Part shown: one piece after another, positions 21,767 to 33,800 of the stretch
Position numbering within the stretch: the first letter of the stretch is position 1
How the letters are laid out: every line of letters starts with the position of its first letter
Source: Alloascoidea hylecoeti
Taxonomy: Eukaryota
Reading direction: 5' to 3'
NCBI GenBank assembly: GCA_001600815.1
Contig: BCKZ01000001.1
Coordinates: 1,583,389 to 1,647,388, forward strand
DNA length: 64,000 nucleotides
Position numbers and translations under genes: made by a program
The notes under the pieces: generated by a model
What the model saw: only the letters and a program-made list of their open reading frames with translations
Databases searched by the model: none
Told to the model about the DNA's origin: nothing

Positions 21767-24730
21767 ATGACTGATAAATCGTTAATAATACGGCTATTAT
21801 TAATCTTCATGGGAATCTGGGAGGTAATGTCTGTACCAAATCTTACATTTCCATTTAAAAATCAACTTCCTCCTATTGCAAGAGTTGGAGAAAATTATTT
21901 ATATACTTTAGCCCCAAATACTTTTTCTTCAAAAAATGGAGCTATTACTTATTCAATTCAGAATAAACCAGATTGGCTTTCATTTGATTCCACATCACAA
22001 ACTTTTTCTGGTTATCCGACTATTTCTTCAAATACTGAAGTTGAAACTATCTGGTTTGATATTGTCGCCAGTGATAATGAAGGTAGCGCAACAGATAATT
22101 CATCTATTACAATTACTAGCTATTCTTCGCCATCTATCTCAAAATCATATTCTGTTTTATCTCAATTATCTTCTATTGGTTTAACTGATGGTTATAGGGG
22201 ATTAGTATTAGTACCTGGTCAATCTTTCGATATCCAATTTTCAAATCAAACTTTTGTTCCTTCAAGTTTAAATCATCCCATTCAAGAATATTATGGAAGA
22301 TCTCTAGATCATTCGCCATTACCCCCTTGGATCTCATTTGATTCTTCGTCACTTACTTTCTATGGGATAGCGCCAGCAGTTAATTCAGGTATTGCACCAT
22401 CAATTGAATACTCATTTGCGATGATGGGTACTGATATAAATGGTTACGAAGGAATTGAAGCTATTTTTAGCATAATTGTTGGTGCTCATCAAATAAGTAC
22501 AAATATTACATTACCAGTGTCAATAAATACAACAAGAAATGAATTTTTATCACATAATATTCCTTTAAATTTAGTATTTTCAGATGGTGAGAAAATAACA
22601 AAAGATAATATCACTAATATAATATTGTCCTCTCAAAACGAAACTTCTATATCTTGGCTTTCAGTTATTAATGATAATGATACTATTACAGGTATAACAC
22701 CATCATCTGAAGAAAAAATTAATTTTGATGTTAAAATTACTGACCTTTATGGTAATTCTATTTCATTACCTTTTCAATTGGCAATTATTGGTTCGATATT
22801 TGCCGTTACTTCAATCCCAGATTTGAATGTAACAAAAGGTGAATGGTTTAATTATACTATACCTTCAAGTTATTTATCAGATGATGCTGAAAATGTTAGA
22901 TTATCTTATAACGCTGACGATGATAGTTGGTTATCGTTTAACGATCAAAATAATACATTTTATGGTACTGTCCCAAAAGATTTTGCGTCAAAGGAGATTA
23001 TTGTTACGGGCACAAGTTCAAATGATCAAGAAACATTATCTTTTAAGGTTTTTGGAGTTTCGGCTTCGGATTCAACTTCAACCCCAATTGTAACACCAAC
23101 ACAAACTTCTTCTCGATCCTCTTCAACCACTACCAGTAGCAGTAGTACTACAGCAACACATAAAGCATCCAATAAACATTCAAACAATAAGAAAACGTTA
23201 ACAATCGCACTAGGTATCATCCTTCCTATTATTTTCATCGCGGTAGTATCGCTCATACTTTGGTTTTGTTGTATCAGAAAACTAAAAGATAATAAACATG
23301 ATGAGGAAGCTACAATTACCGATGGCCCGCTTGTAAATGAGAAATATATTTCATCACCAATTCTTACTAATCCAAGTAATGGTACTGCTGGTGGCTCTAA
23401 TCGATCTGAATTTTCAAATAAATCGCCTCATCAATTAGAAGTAATTAAATATTTAAATGATAGTACCGAAAAGATGATTAATAATTCAAATGATCAAGTT
23501 ATACATCATGAAATTAAACCTAGTGTTGGGTCAGGTAGTGATACATCAATATATCAAGATACGGTTGAAGAACTTTTTTTAAGTAATATTGGTAATAATA
23601 ATGCTAAACTTAATACTGAGGTTGATATAACACAACCTAGTATTGTTGCACCGCTTGATCTTAAAAATAAGCATATACCTGACGAGGAGCCTAATTATCA
23701 GCAATCTCCTGAACAAAAAGGCTATTCACCCAGGAGATCTTGGAGACAAATATTAGATTCAAGAAGCACTTGGCAACCAAGAGAATCCATGAATTCTCTT
23801 GCAACAGTATCAACGACTGAACTTTTCGGTATTAGAAAAGTTGATAGTAAGAAAGACTCATCACAACGAAAACAAAGTGAAAATTCTAGTTTCAGAGAAT
23901 CTGAATTTCTGGGTACAAATGTATCAGCTATTTTATCACCAAGAAATTCTGCTGGTACTTTATTGAGAGAAAATTCATCAGGCAATGTCAAAAGGTTAGA
24001 TAGCTATGGTAATATTATTGTATCCTCCAAGCAAAATTTAAGTTACGATATTATTCATAACCGTGAACTCACTGAATCTAGCATTGTACCAACAATTGAT
24101 ATAACTGTCGCGCCAGAAGATAGGGACCCAATTACTCCACCGTTGCCAATTGTTGTTAAGGATGAACATTTTGCAAGTAAAAGAATCTCTTATACTTCAT
24201 TTGATAATGAGAGCGTTGGTGACTATTCTGGCGATGAAATAGATACAACTGACCTTCATAAATATGGTGTTCCAATGGTAAAATCTAAACTTAAATCAAA
24301 ATATTCAGTTAATAATCTAGGACCAGTTAAAGAAGAATCTTTTTATTCACAAAATGTCACAAATACAGGATATTCAATAAGTTCTGATTCTACTGATACA
24401 CATAGCTATGCTATATTTGGAGAATCCGAATCTGATCTCGGAGTTAAATATGAAAACCATACACTAGTTAAAACCAGCGAGACTATGGGTGTACCACATT
24501 CAGAATCTAATGAGACAACAAATACAAATCAATCTGATACAATTTCTCCATTGAGGCAATTTAGTAATTCATTAAAGTATAAACAATCGAAAAATGTTTC
24601 GAGTGATAAAAATGCAAAGTTAGTTGACTTTAAAAATAAAGGATTAACAGTTAACAGTATGCAAGATTCATCGAAAAATTCAGATTTACCAGGAACCAGA
24701 AGTGTATCGACTGAGCTTGCATTCATATAG
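21767..24730 (+). CDS. AXL2: Axial budding landmark protein Axl2 (cadherin-like repeats, single TM)
   Basis: Signal peptide, FPFKNQLPPIARVGE, repeated PxWLSFD motifs, S/T stalk, TM ALGIILPII, C-terminal AKLVDF. Confidence 0.92.
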   Translation: MTDKSLIIRLLLIFMGIWEVMSVPNLTFPFKNQLPPIARVGENYLYTLAPNTFSSKNGAITYSIQNKPDWLSFDSTSQTFSGYPTISSNTEVETIWFDIVASDNEGSATDNSSITITSYSSPSISKSYSVLSQLSSIGLTDGYRGLVLVPGQSFDIQFSNQTFVPSSLNHPIQEYYGRSLDHSPLPPWISFDSSSLTFYGIAPAVNSGIAPSIEYSFAMMGTDINGYEGIEAIFSIIVGAHQISTNITLPVSINTTRNEFLSHNIPLNLVFSDGEKITKDNITNIILSSQNETSISWLSVINDNDTITGITPSSEEKINFDVKITDLYGNSISLPFQLAIIGSIFAVTSIPDLNVTKGEWFNYTIPSSYLSDDAENVRLSYNADDDSWLSFNDQNNTFYGTVPKDFASKEIIVTGTSSNDQETLSFKVFGVSASDSTSTPIVTPTQTSSRSSSTTTSSSSTTATHKASNKHSNNKKTLTIALGIILPIIFIAVVSLILWFCCIRKLKDNKHDEEATITDGPLVNEKYISSPILTNPSNGTAGGSNRSEFSNKSPHQLEVIKYLNDSTEKMINNSNDQVIHHEIKPSVGSGSDTSIYQDTVEELFLSNIGNNNAKLNTEVDITQPSIVAPLDLKNKHIPDEEPNYQQSPEQKGYSPRRSWRQILDSRSTWQPRESMNSLATVSTTELFGIRKVDSKKDSSQRKQSENSSFRESEFLGTNVSAILSPRNSAGTLLRENSSGNVKRLDSYGNIIVSSKQNLSYDIIHNRELTESSIVPTIDITVAPEDRDPITPPLPIVVKDEHFASKRISYTSFDNESVGDYSGDEIDTTDLHKYGVPMVKSKLKSKYSVNNLGPVKEESFYSQNVTNTGYSISSDSTDTHSYAIFGESESDLGVKYENHTLVKTSETMGVPHSESNETTNTNQSDTISPLRQFSNSLKYKQSKNVSSDKNAKLVDFKNKGLTVNSMQDSSKNSDLPGTRSVSTELAFI

Positions 24731-25184
24731 TAATTTTTTAAGATCAATTTGTTAGGTTTGTTGTTTTCTAGATTTCTCTTTTTTCTGTTTTTGGAAAATA
24801 TATTAATTATGATGATATTTTGTACATTCCTCTTTGGATACTCTTTTATATGACGTCCTCCAACTAGTACTAACGTTTTAATATAAATCAAATTATATTA
24901 TTAGTATATATTTTGCTCTTCGATATTAAATTAAATGTTTGTTAATTATATAAATTTTTTGTTGAATAATACGTATAAGCCATAATGTTTGGGTGTTTTA
25001 TTAAAAATTGTCTTTTTTACCTAATCGGGCGACGGAAGGGATATCCCTATTATGGAAGAAGAACGTGCACTATTCAACAGTGTGGACTCACCCACTAAAA
25101 CCCTCCCTGGAATTGAACCCACGCAGGTTACGATATTGAAATTGAGATAAAGTATAAGTATTCAACAACTTTTTTAATTTGGTA

Positions 25185-25862
25185 TTTTTTTTTCTTTACT
25201 TTATCATTTTATTATAAATTATAAAAATCTACAAAAAGGCCAAAACGTAAGTATAGAATTATTCAAAAGTGTTATACCTTGACGGTAGAATCAGTTTCCG
25301 TCGTTCAATATTTGCAATGAACAATAGCACCTGTGTCTATTTTGAGATCACATGAGTTGAATCTTCTGTTTACTCGCATCTGCTATAAAATCTCTGAAAT
25401 TAGGCTTATCTTTGTACGTTGGGCATATCTTTACCTAAGAAGTGTAAGAAAATTGTTGTTTTTTTTTGAAACTATTGAAAACATGATCTTCTGTTTCGAT
25501 CATTGGTTGTAGGCAAAGAATACACCTATTCATATTACTATTTTTATGATCACTTGAGGTTAGACTCCAGTGATGTGTGTAGTGTCGGAGATTTAATCTA
25601 TGAATAAAATCTACCGACCTGGCTCTTTCCTATTGATCCAGTGTAAGATCAGCCACCATTCTTCCAGTCCTGTGTGCTGCGTTCTTTGATTTGTCTAGTT
25701 GGCCAATTAGGAATGATCGGTTAATCATCCATTTGCTGATAGTATCTTGATGCCGCTCTTCTGAACGCTCCGATTTCTATTGGTTCATCATCATGAGTTG
25801 TAACATTATTGGTACATTCTAGAGGAGAAGATTTGGATACCACCTCATAAGCTGTATATTCA
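25185..25862 (-). mobile_element. Decayed 5'-truncated non-LTR retrotransposon (L1-like ORF2 C-terminus with A-tail), copy A
   Basis: Manual translation with stops/frameshifts: FRRAASRYY..PIIPNW...WWLILHWINRKEPG.VDFIHRLNL...RCILCLQPMIETEDHVF (zf-RVT-like CxxC..ETxxHxF). A9 tail at 25185-25193. Confidence 0.7.
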
Positions 25863-25867
25863 TCAAG

Positions 25868-26565
25868 TTTTTTTTTACTTAATTATATTTTATTATAAAC
25901 TATTTAAATTTATAAATATATTGTAAATGTATGTATAGTAATTATTTATTTTTATTCATCTTATCTGATGAAGACCAATATGTATAAATATGAATATATC
26001 ACCATTATTTGTATTTTAAATATAAACGCAGTTTTTCTCTTTTCATCATTCTCCTAATGGTTTGCTGGAATCATCATTTTCCATATTTTGATTGCTAAAT
26101 CTTCTATGGACTCTTATATTCCATATTATCTCAGAAATCAAACTCAAGTTTCTGATAATCTCATGATTCGTTATCGCCGGGTTTTGAATATCATTTTCTT
26201 GATTTCAGATTTATCAAATATATGCGATTCTGTTTCTATACTTGGTTGAAAACATAAAATACATTTGTCTAGTGATCCATTAATGTGATGTTTGGATTTA
26301 AAAAATATGAGAATAATTTCGTACGATGTATAAAATCCACTGATCCAGGATTTTCTTTGTTTATCTTTGCTAACAATTCCCACCATGTTTTCCAATTTGT
26401 TGGATCTCTATATTGAATCCGATGTTCCCAATTTGGTGTAAAAGGGACTAATGTGCTATTATAACGAGCGGCTGCCTGTATATCGTCATTTGTAAGTCCT
26501 GATCATCTTTGGTCTGTACATCAAGTGATGGTGAACTTACGCTATGGGAGATTTTCTTGTCTTGT
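25868..26565 (-). mobile_element. Decayed 5'-truncated non-LTR retrotransposon, copy B, starting just downstream of tRNA-Gly
   Basis: AAARYNSTLVPFTPNW...NWKTWWELLAKINKENPGSVDFIHR...KCILCFQPSIETESHIF, colinear with copy A. A9 tail at 25868-25876 with a 3' end similar to that of copy A. The 5' boundary is approximate. Confidence 0.72.
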
Positions 26566-26579
26566 CTCCAAAAAGAGAT

Positions 26580-26650
26580 TGCGTCAGCCCGGAGTCGAAC
26601 CGGGGGCTCTTCGATGGCAACGAAGAATTTTACCGCTAAACCACTAACGC
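26580..26650 (-). tRNA. tRNA-Gly(GCC), intronless
   Basis: GCGTTAG TGGTTTAGCGGTAAAA TTCTTCG TTGCCAT CGAAG AGCCCCCGGTTCGACTCCGGG CTGACGC A folds as a cloverleaf with anticodon GCC. T5 terminator at 26570-26574. Confidence 0.96.
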
Positions 26651-27149
26651 CCTGATACGTGTATTGCAAAGGAACAATCATGAAATCATCATTATTTTAG
26701 GTGTTCCTTCTAAGAATACACAAAAATAAGAATAGAAAGAGAGGTTTTTATTTCACTATATATAGTAGAGATTTCCTCAGAATTTAGTTTCTAGTTATAT
26801 AATTTAATTGGAAAATATATGAAAATTAAAAAAAAAAAAAATTGAGTCTATCTCTGAAATACATTCCACAGCTCTTGAACTAGCTAGTTCAGAGATATTG
26901 CATTCTACCACACATGTAATACCTTAATATGTTTATCACTTCTAGGACTTCTTCTATTAATAGCTTCTGGTTTTATCTATATAAACGTAGGATAAAGCCC
27001 ACTTTAATGGGAAGTCAGTTTTAATACACTTTTCCTGTTTAAGATCTTGATCGTCGTCTGTATCTGATTCCGCCAGTTACATCTATTGTAAGTTATTAAG
27101 TCATTAGTAGCTTACTTTACATGTATCGCTGAGTCTCCGATGGCTAGAC

Positions 27150-27665
27150 CGCATTGTGTATTAGCCGCAAAATAACTACTGAAACGGTACCAAAATTGAC
27201 AAATGAAGCGTTACAAAAACTGGTGGAAAACCCAGCAGGAGAAGATATCGAAAAAAGAATAAAAGACATGGAAGAAGAAAACATATCCAAATACTCGATT
27301 AAATCAATAAGCCAGAAGTGGTATAATAAAAACAAAATTATATTGAAACCAAACAGATGGATGCAGTTAATTCCGGAACTAAAAGATGAAAATTGGAAGA
27401 AATGGCGGGGATTTATGTTACTCATATGCTACATCATAATAAAAATGCAAAAAAATCTGATATTTGTAGCTTATGTCAACAAGGTAAAGATGACATATTA
27501 CATCTATTTGAAGATTGTTCAACAATAAGAATACTAAAGAAGATGATGTTAGGAAGAGAAAGAATAGGGATCAAATTATTGATGATAAATACAAAAGAAA
27601 ACAATATAGAAAAAAGTGGGGCTTTTATCAAAAAGGCACTAGAGCTAAGAAAAAATGTTATATTT
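27150..27665 (+). mobile_element. Decayed non-LTR retrotransposon ORF2 C-terminal fragment, copy C
   Basis: Overlapping ORFs 27154 and 27393 join by a frameshift: SIKSISQKWYNKNKIILKPNRW...DENWKKW / HHNK...ICSLCQQGKDDILHLFEDC (complete CxxC-H-C zf-RVT-like knuckle). Confidence 0.72.
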
Positions 27666-27679
27666 GCAGAGATCTTAGT

Positions 27680-28510
27680 TTTGATTTTTATGTTTTCTTT
27701 ATTTTACTCCAATACTACTTGCAATCTCCTTGCTTAAGCTCTGATCTGTTTGGTTTTGACATTATTCTTTCCTTTTCATATATCTTTTTGCTAACTAATT
27801 TTATAGATATCTTGTTTATTCCAAGTCTTTATTCGGTGATTTCTTTATAATTATTATACCTTTTGAAACCACGACCGGTTATGAGTACTAGTATCTATAA
27901 TCTTTGCTCACCTTTTAGTTTAGATTTTTATTTGAAATTCTTCCTTATAATCATCTACCATTAAATTCGTTTCTGAGTTAAAACTTAGAGTTGCATCAAA
28001 GAGCCATCCGCTAGAATGTCTATCCACAGAAATTTCACTTGGACCTATTCATTGTCAGGTGCTTGTAGATTTTGGCTACTTATTTCCCCGACTTCTGTGA
28101 AGATAATCTCACAAATTTAAGACTTTGCTAAATGTTTGACAACTAAAAGTCGTCAGAGAATTATTATAGGTTCAACTGCCGACAATTGCACGTTGTAAGT
28201 TATTTCTAAGCCATATTCTTAAACATCATTACTACGTAGTACGTATTAAAGTTTTCCAATTGTAACAATTCACTTCTTAGAATTTTGATGAGGTCCAGAT
28301 TGCTTCAGTTTTAATCGGTGAATTTGTGGGATGCTCTGACTTTGGAAACTATTTGAATCAAATGTAAATAAAATCAAATTTATCCTTATTTGTTTCATTT
28401 TTCTTGAAGAGGATTATTTGTTTATCGGTCTGATTATGTTTTCTCTTAATTTGGTAATCATGGGTGTATGGGATTATTTTATCAAAACAATTCTATGGGA
28501 AATTCAGGTA
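27680..28510 (-). mobile_element. Decayed non-LTR retrotransposon fragment, copy D, tail-to-tail with copy C
   Basis: INKISIKLVSKKIYEKERIMSKPNR-SELKQGDCK*YW aligns with copy C ISKYSIKSISQKWYNKNKIILKPNR..ELKDENWKKW. The extent towards 28510 (YLNFP, like the RT YLG motif) is tentative. Confidence 0.55.
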
Positions 28511-28792
28511 AAAAACTCGGTAATAATCGTAAAAAAAGAAGATAGAAAGGGAAGTCTGAATACCTAAGAATATAGTAAGCAGTGGTTTTTTAAAAAAAGT
28601 CAACGTGGTTAAGATACAATTGCAATTTATGCATATGTATAATATAAAACTAGTGTCGGAAATAATTCGTCTAACTTACGATGGTGTAACCTTGTATTTA
28701 ACCGGATGGTCACATGATCCGATGAAAAAGTAAGTTAACACTGTAACTTATAATTTGTACCCAAAGTCCAAACTAAAGATCAAAGTTGTAGG

Positions 28793-29511
28793 ATGACCCA
28801 AAGTGCAAAGATTTATTTTGGGAAGTTTGTCGTTAATAGTCAGGTATTATATTTGGTGCTGTTACGTTTGTTATTCATACATCTAACAAATTAACTCGTT
28901 ATTAGGTGTTTTATGTATGTTACAATTATGGGTTATACTATTATTTCAAATTTATTGACTTTTGAGGGTAATGAAAGAAAACAAAATATTCATATGGATT
29001 AGTTAATCTCAAGCCTATTCTACCGGGTCATGTAAGCATTGAAAAATATAATAAAGCAATAATTATATGGAGTGACTAATATAATTAGGTTCTTGTATGC
29101 CCATTACGAAAAGTCGAAAGATTAAAAGATCTTACTCCTATAGAATCACAAGATTTCTTCTCGACAATTCAATTAATTCAATCAAAACTTTATACAGCAT
29201 ATGAAGCAGATGCTCTTAATTTTACAATTCAAGATGGCCCAGCAGCTGGGCAAACAGTTCCACATTTGCATTGCCATTTAATTCCAAGACGTTGGAAAGA
29301 TCTACCAGATGTTGATGACATTTATGGGGAATTAGCTGGAGAAAAAGGTGATTTAGAAGAAGTTTTTAAAAAAGAGAAGGAAATTGGGCAAAAGCATAAA
29401 CTTGTTGTTGATGACGAAAGCCGTGAACCAAGGAGTATGAAGGAAATGGAAGACGAAGCTGAATGGTTGAGTGGTTTTTTTAAAGAAGAGCAAGACGCAA
29501 TTAATATTTGA
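28793..29511 (+). CDS. HNT2: Dinucleoside triphosphate hydrolase (Fhit/Hnt2); exons 28793-28843, 28906-28914, 28978-29031, 29089-29511
   Basis: Spliced product MTQSAKIYFGKFVVNSQ|VFY|KTKYSYGLVNLKPILPGH|VLVCP...IQDGPAAGQTVPHLHCHLIPR (HIT motif). Three phase-0 GT-AG introns. Confidence 0.92.
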
Positions 29512-30054
29512 AATCCCGGTGGATCTAGATCTAACCATTGTAATATTAATTGATTAATCTTGAATTTCTTATTTTAAGGGAAAAAACCCGGATTATAATA
29601 TATTTGTGATCTTCAGTGATTCTACACTCTAAAATCATAGAATGGCATCATTCAATAGATTCTGATTGAATCTGTTCATCTTCTCACAATGGCGTTAATA
29701 CACACACACACGTTATATGATGATTATATAAACAATAGTAAGGATATATAAAACACTTGCACATCAATTAGTATAGCGATGGAAAACATTTATAAGCAAT
29801 TGGTTGATCATTATTCTGCCATAACACGTAATTAAAGTTGTACTTATAAAATAGCTAATAGATCCTAGGTGAAAATATTATCGTCACCATCACCGACCAA
29901 CCACACATCAATTATTACAAATTTATATATTAAACACTAGATCATTATAAATAAAACATCTAAAAAAATAAAATATAAATTCATTATTTTCATTTTGTAA
30001 TTATATCATTTATCATTTATATATAAGCAAAACAGTATTGTGATGAAATCAAAT

Positions 30055-30645
30055 CTATTTATTAGCCTTGTTGAAGTATTCTAAGGATTTTGATGGTTCT
30101 GGCTTGATGGTGTCAGAACCCTTTTGCCAGTTAGCTGGGCAAACTTCACCGTATTTTTCAGTAAATTGGAAAGCTTCAACTAATCTAACACTTTCCTCAA
30201 CGTTTCTACCAACTGGTAAATCATTGATGGTGATTTGTCTTAAAGTTCCCTTTGGATCAATCAAAAAGATACCTCTGAGAGCAACACCTTCTTCCTCAAT
30301 CAAAACACCGTAGTCCTTAGATAAGGAATGGTTGGTGTCAGCCAAAAGAGGAATGTTGATTTTTCCGAGACCACCTTGAGCACGTTCAACATTAGTCCAA
30401 GCTAAGTGTGTGTATTCTGAATCAGTAGAAGCAAACAAAACTTGGGTGTTTAATTCCTTGAATTTAGCGGCAGCATCTGAGTAAGCGATGATTTCAGTTG
30501 GGCAAACAAAGGTGAAAGCCAAAGGAATGAAAGCCAGCAAGACCCATTGACCTTTGTATTGTTCAAGAGAGATCTCTTCGAAAACGCCATCAATGACGGC
30601 AGTCTTCTTGAAAGTTGGAGCTGGTTTTTGAACGACGGCGACCAT
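30055..30645 (-). CDS. TSA1: 2-Cys peroxiredoxin
   Basis: [24 protein letters not shown]; 196 aa. Confidence 0.97.
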   Translation of the reverse strand: MVAVVQKPAPTFKKTAVIDGVFEEISLEQYKGQWVLLAFIPLAFTFVCPTEIIAYSDAAAKFKELNTQVLFASTDSEYTHLAWTNVERAQGGLGKINIPLLADTNHSLSKDYGVLIEEEGVALRGIFLIDPKGTLRQITINDLPVGRNVEESVRLVEAFQFTEKYGEVCPANWQKGSDTIKPEPSKSLEYFNKANK

Positions 30646-30801
30646 TTTAATTATTGTGAGTTAATTTGGAGGAGTAACAAGGAGTAAAGGTCAATTCAAG
30701 GGAGAAGCACGGTTTTTATAGTTTTACGTGATTTCTAATAGAATTTCTACCGATTTCCAAGATTTGCTCTGGCCGCTTCTCCATTACTAAATATGCATTG
30801 C

Positions 30802-33800
30802 CTATTCGGGAAAGCCCGACAGGTGCGCCCGGGGATTCGGGTCTCTTTCTAGTCTATGCTCTAAAATAGCGACCATTCGCTCTCCAAAACGCTCCAAAAC
30901 AGCATCGTTCATCCTTCGCTCTTCAACATCTCCTCCCAGAAGACCCAGAGTCGACTGAATTTTCCCCTTCAATGTCTCCAAACGCTCCTGATTTTTGTAG
31001 AGGTGGTTGTTATAAAACGCTTGAAACGCATCCAATTGCGTCGTCAGCGAGTCAATCATCTCATCTCCTTCGAGTTCGGTATCCATCAAACCTCTTAAAT
31101 GTGTGCCAGTACTGGTTGGAAGTGTGTGTGTAGATGATGCTTGTTGGGTATTATTGGAAGACCCTGTAACTGCTGTAACCTTAACGGGACCCTGCTGTAT
31201 TTTCCTTGATCCTGATGCTTGTGATCCAGTTAGGTTCATATTAGTATCGGAATATAAATCATTCCTACATGTAGAATTTAATGTCATGACAGACTGTGAT
31301 TTTCCTAAAGAGCGGGAAATATCATCAGGTTTTATTCTCATTGGTGATGAATTTCTTAATACTCCCGATGTCTTAAGGCTACTCATTGATATCTTTTTAT
31401 GTAATTTACCCCTTGAAGCCTCGTTTATTACATCTGGGGTAACCACTTTTCGGATGGGTTTAGAGAGAGGACTCACATTAAATCTTCTTGAATTAAAACG
31501 TTTTAAAGTTAGTGGCGATGGAATTGGTGAAGGTAGTATAGGATCGTTGTAAATATTATCAGAAAGTGAGAATTCCCAAAGAAAAATACAGCCTGATGAA
31601 TCAGAAGTAATAAACGTTTTGCTTATGTTTTCATCCACCATCAAGGTATTTGAATCTAAATCTGATCTAGCGCTCGAATCGACATCTGATTCATCATTAG
31701 GAACTTCAATTTCAATTAATCCACATATAGTACCAGAATGTCCCCAACATGATGAAATTAAAGACCCTGTTTTATAATCATATACTCTAATACTTTTATC
31801 ATTCCCTGCTCCTACCAAATAATAACTGCCATTATCAAATAGCTGTGTAACGATAATATGATCTAATGTTAATAATTCTCCATTCTCATCTATACTTTTA
31901 AAACTTGTTATTAAATTACCTTCGGGGAAACTAAAAGTATGTATTTGTTTATCATTAGTTGTAATAATCAATTCGGAAATATCTTCGATATCGCAGTTGT
32001 AATTGGAATTATCATTATTTTTAATTCTTTTTTGATTTTCGAATTCATGAAGATAAATTTCAACAGGAGTTGATTTCAAAGAAATTAATTTCTCTAAAAC
32101 AAATATAAATTCTTCTCTATCATCTACTGGATCTTCCTTATTTTTTAATTTACATCTTTTATGTATTAATATTGTTCGATCTGCTGATGATGTTATAATG
32201 AACTTTTGATTTTTTGATACAATGGTTTTTAAAATATTCCCTTTATGCTCCATTATTGTTTGTAAAATATTCCAATTATTATGATTATTATTTGATTCTT
32301 TTGATTTTTCAAGTATTTGAATTGTTCTATCACGGCTTGCTGATATTATTAAATCTTTTGTTAAGTCATTAATATAACATAATGTTTTAATTTCTGAAGA
32401 ATGGGATTTTATCATAAATGTAACGTTTGCATTATCATAATCATCATATGAATTTTTATGATTAATATCTTTTGAATTAACATGTTCAATAAAGTTTTGT
32501 AAAGATATAATTTGTAATATGCCATATCTGTCTCCAACAATTAGTTTACTATCGTGAACCATTGCAGTACTCAATTGGTTAGCCATTTCTAATTCAGAAC
32601 TATCCGTAATAGACACCTGTAACGTCTTTAAATCTAAATCTAGTTGTTTAGCCAATGAACAGAAAGATATAATGCCTTCATTAGACCAAGTTATGAAAGA
32701 CAGGCAGTTAATATCTTTGGAACTAACACATTTATGGTTAAATAATGATTGCATTCCAATATTCCCATTAACAATACTTGAAATGATTATTTTAGACTGT
32801 GATAATGATAATATAGTTTCATTTTTTACTAATTGTGATGGGAACAAACATATTTCGTTGTTGCCTGTTAATACAATAATATCTCCACTTTTCAACATTT
32901 CAATTGCAATTATTCCTTGTGTGTTTTGTTGATTTCTTCTATATCTAGTCGGTGATTGAGGTATATCACGATCGCCATCATTGTAAGTAGATGAATTAGG
33001 GGGAGTGCCTGAAAACTCATTGTTGTTTTTAGTTGGTGATAATGATTTATAACGAAAAATCGAATTAGTAGAGCTTGATCTTATTGGTTTATTTGTTGCA
33101 ATCCGCGGAGTTTCCATAATCTCTTCGATATCTTTTGATATTATTGTTGCCATATCATTTCCAGCAAGCCAGTATTTTTTATTTATATAATCAATATTAA
33201 TTGATGATATAGACGTACCCACTACTGTTCTGCATTGTAGTTTCAGTGTATTTTTGGTATCATCTAAAAGACATAAATGTCCATTTTCCGTTGAAAGCAA
33301 TAAACATCCTAATTCTTTACCTTTATAATTCTCCATATCATCATTGATATTCATTAAACTGATAACATCAACAAATTTTTCATTTAACATTTCTCCCATT
33401 AAGAAATTTTTACCACCAAGTATATCAACAGTACTATTTTCTTTAAATAAATTCAATTTCCAAAGTCTTGAATGTCTAACACCGATGGTAACAATAGAAT
33501 CGTCACTACACCATTTCATTTGAATCACAGATGCAGAGCATCTATTACTTGAATGTAGTTGGACTTGGTGTGATGACAAGGATCGTTTACTTGTTATATC
33601 TATAGAGCTAGCGATTAACTTGGTGATCATCCAGATATGAATAAACCCATCATTCTGAACACCTAAGGATGCTAGAAATTGAGAATTTGGTGAAAATGCA
33701 ATATTTTTAATACCAAATTGATGTTGATGTATAATAATTAATGGAGATTTTGGACGTTTGGTGGAGTAAATCAAAATTCGAGGTTTATATCCAGTCTAAA

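Noticed and set aside
25095..25130. Minus-strand GGGTTCAATTCC (B-box/T-arm-like) just beyond the tail of LINE copy A
   Set aside because: No cloverleaf or A-box could be built. It may be a tRNA relic, but this is not supportable.
26448..26681. 77-aa ORF
   Set aside because: Runs through the tRNA and the LINE relic; not a gene.
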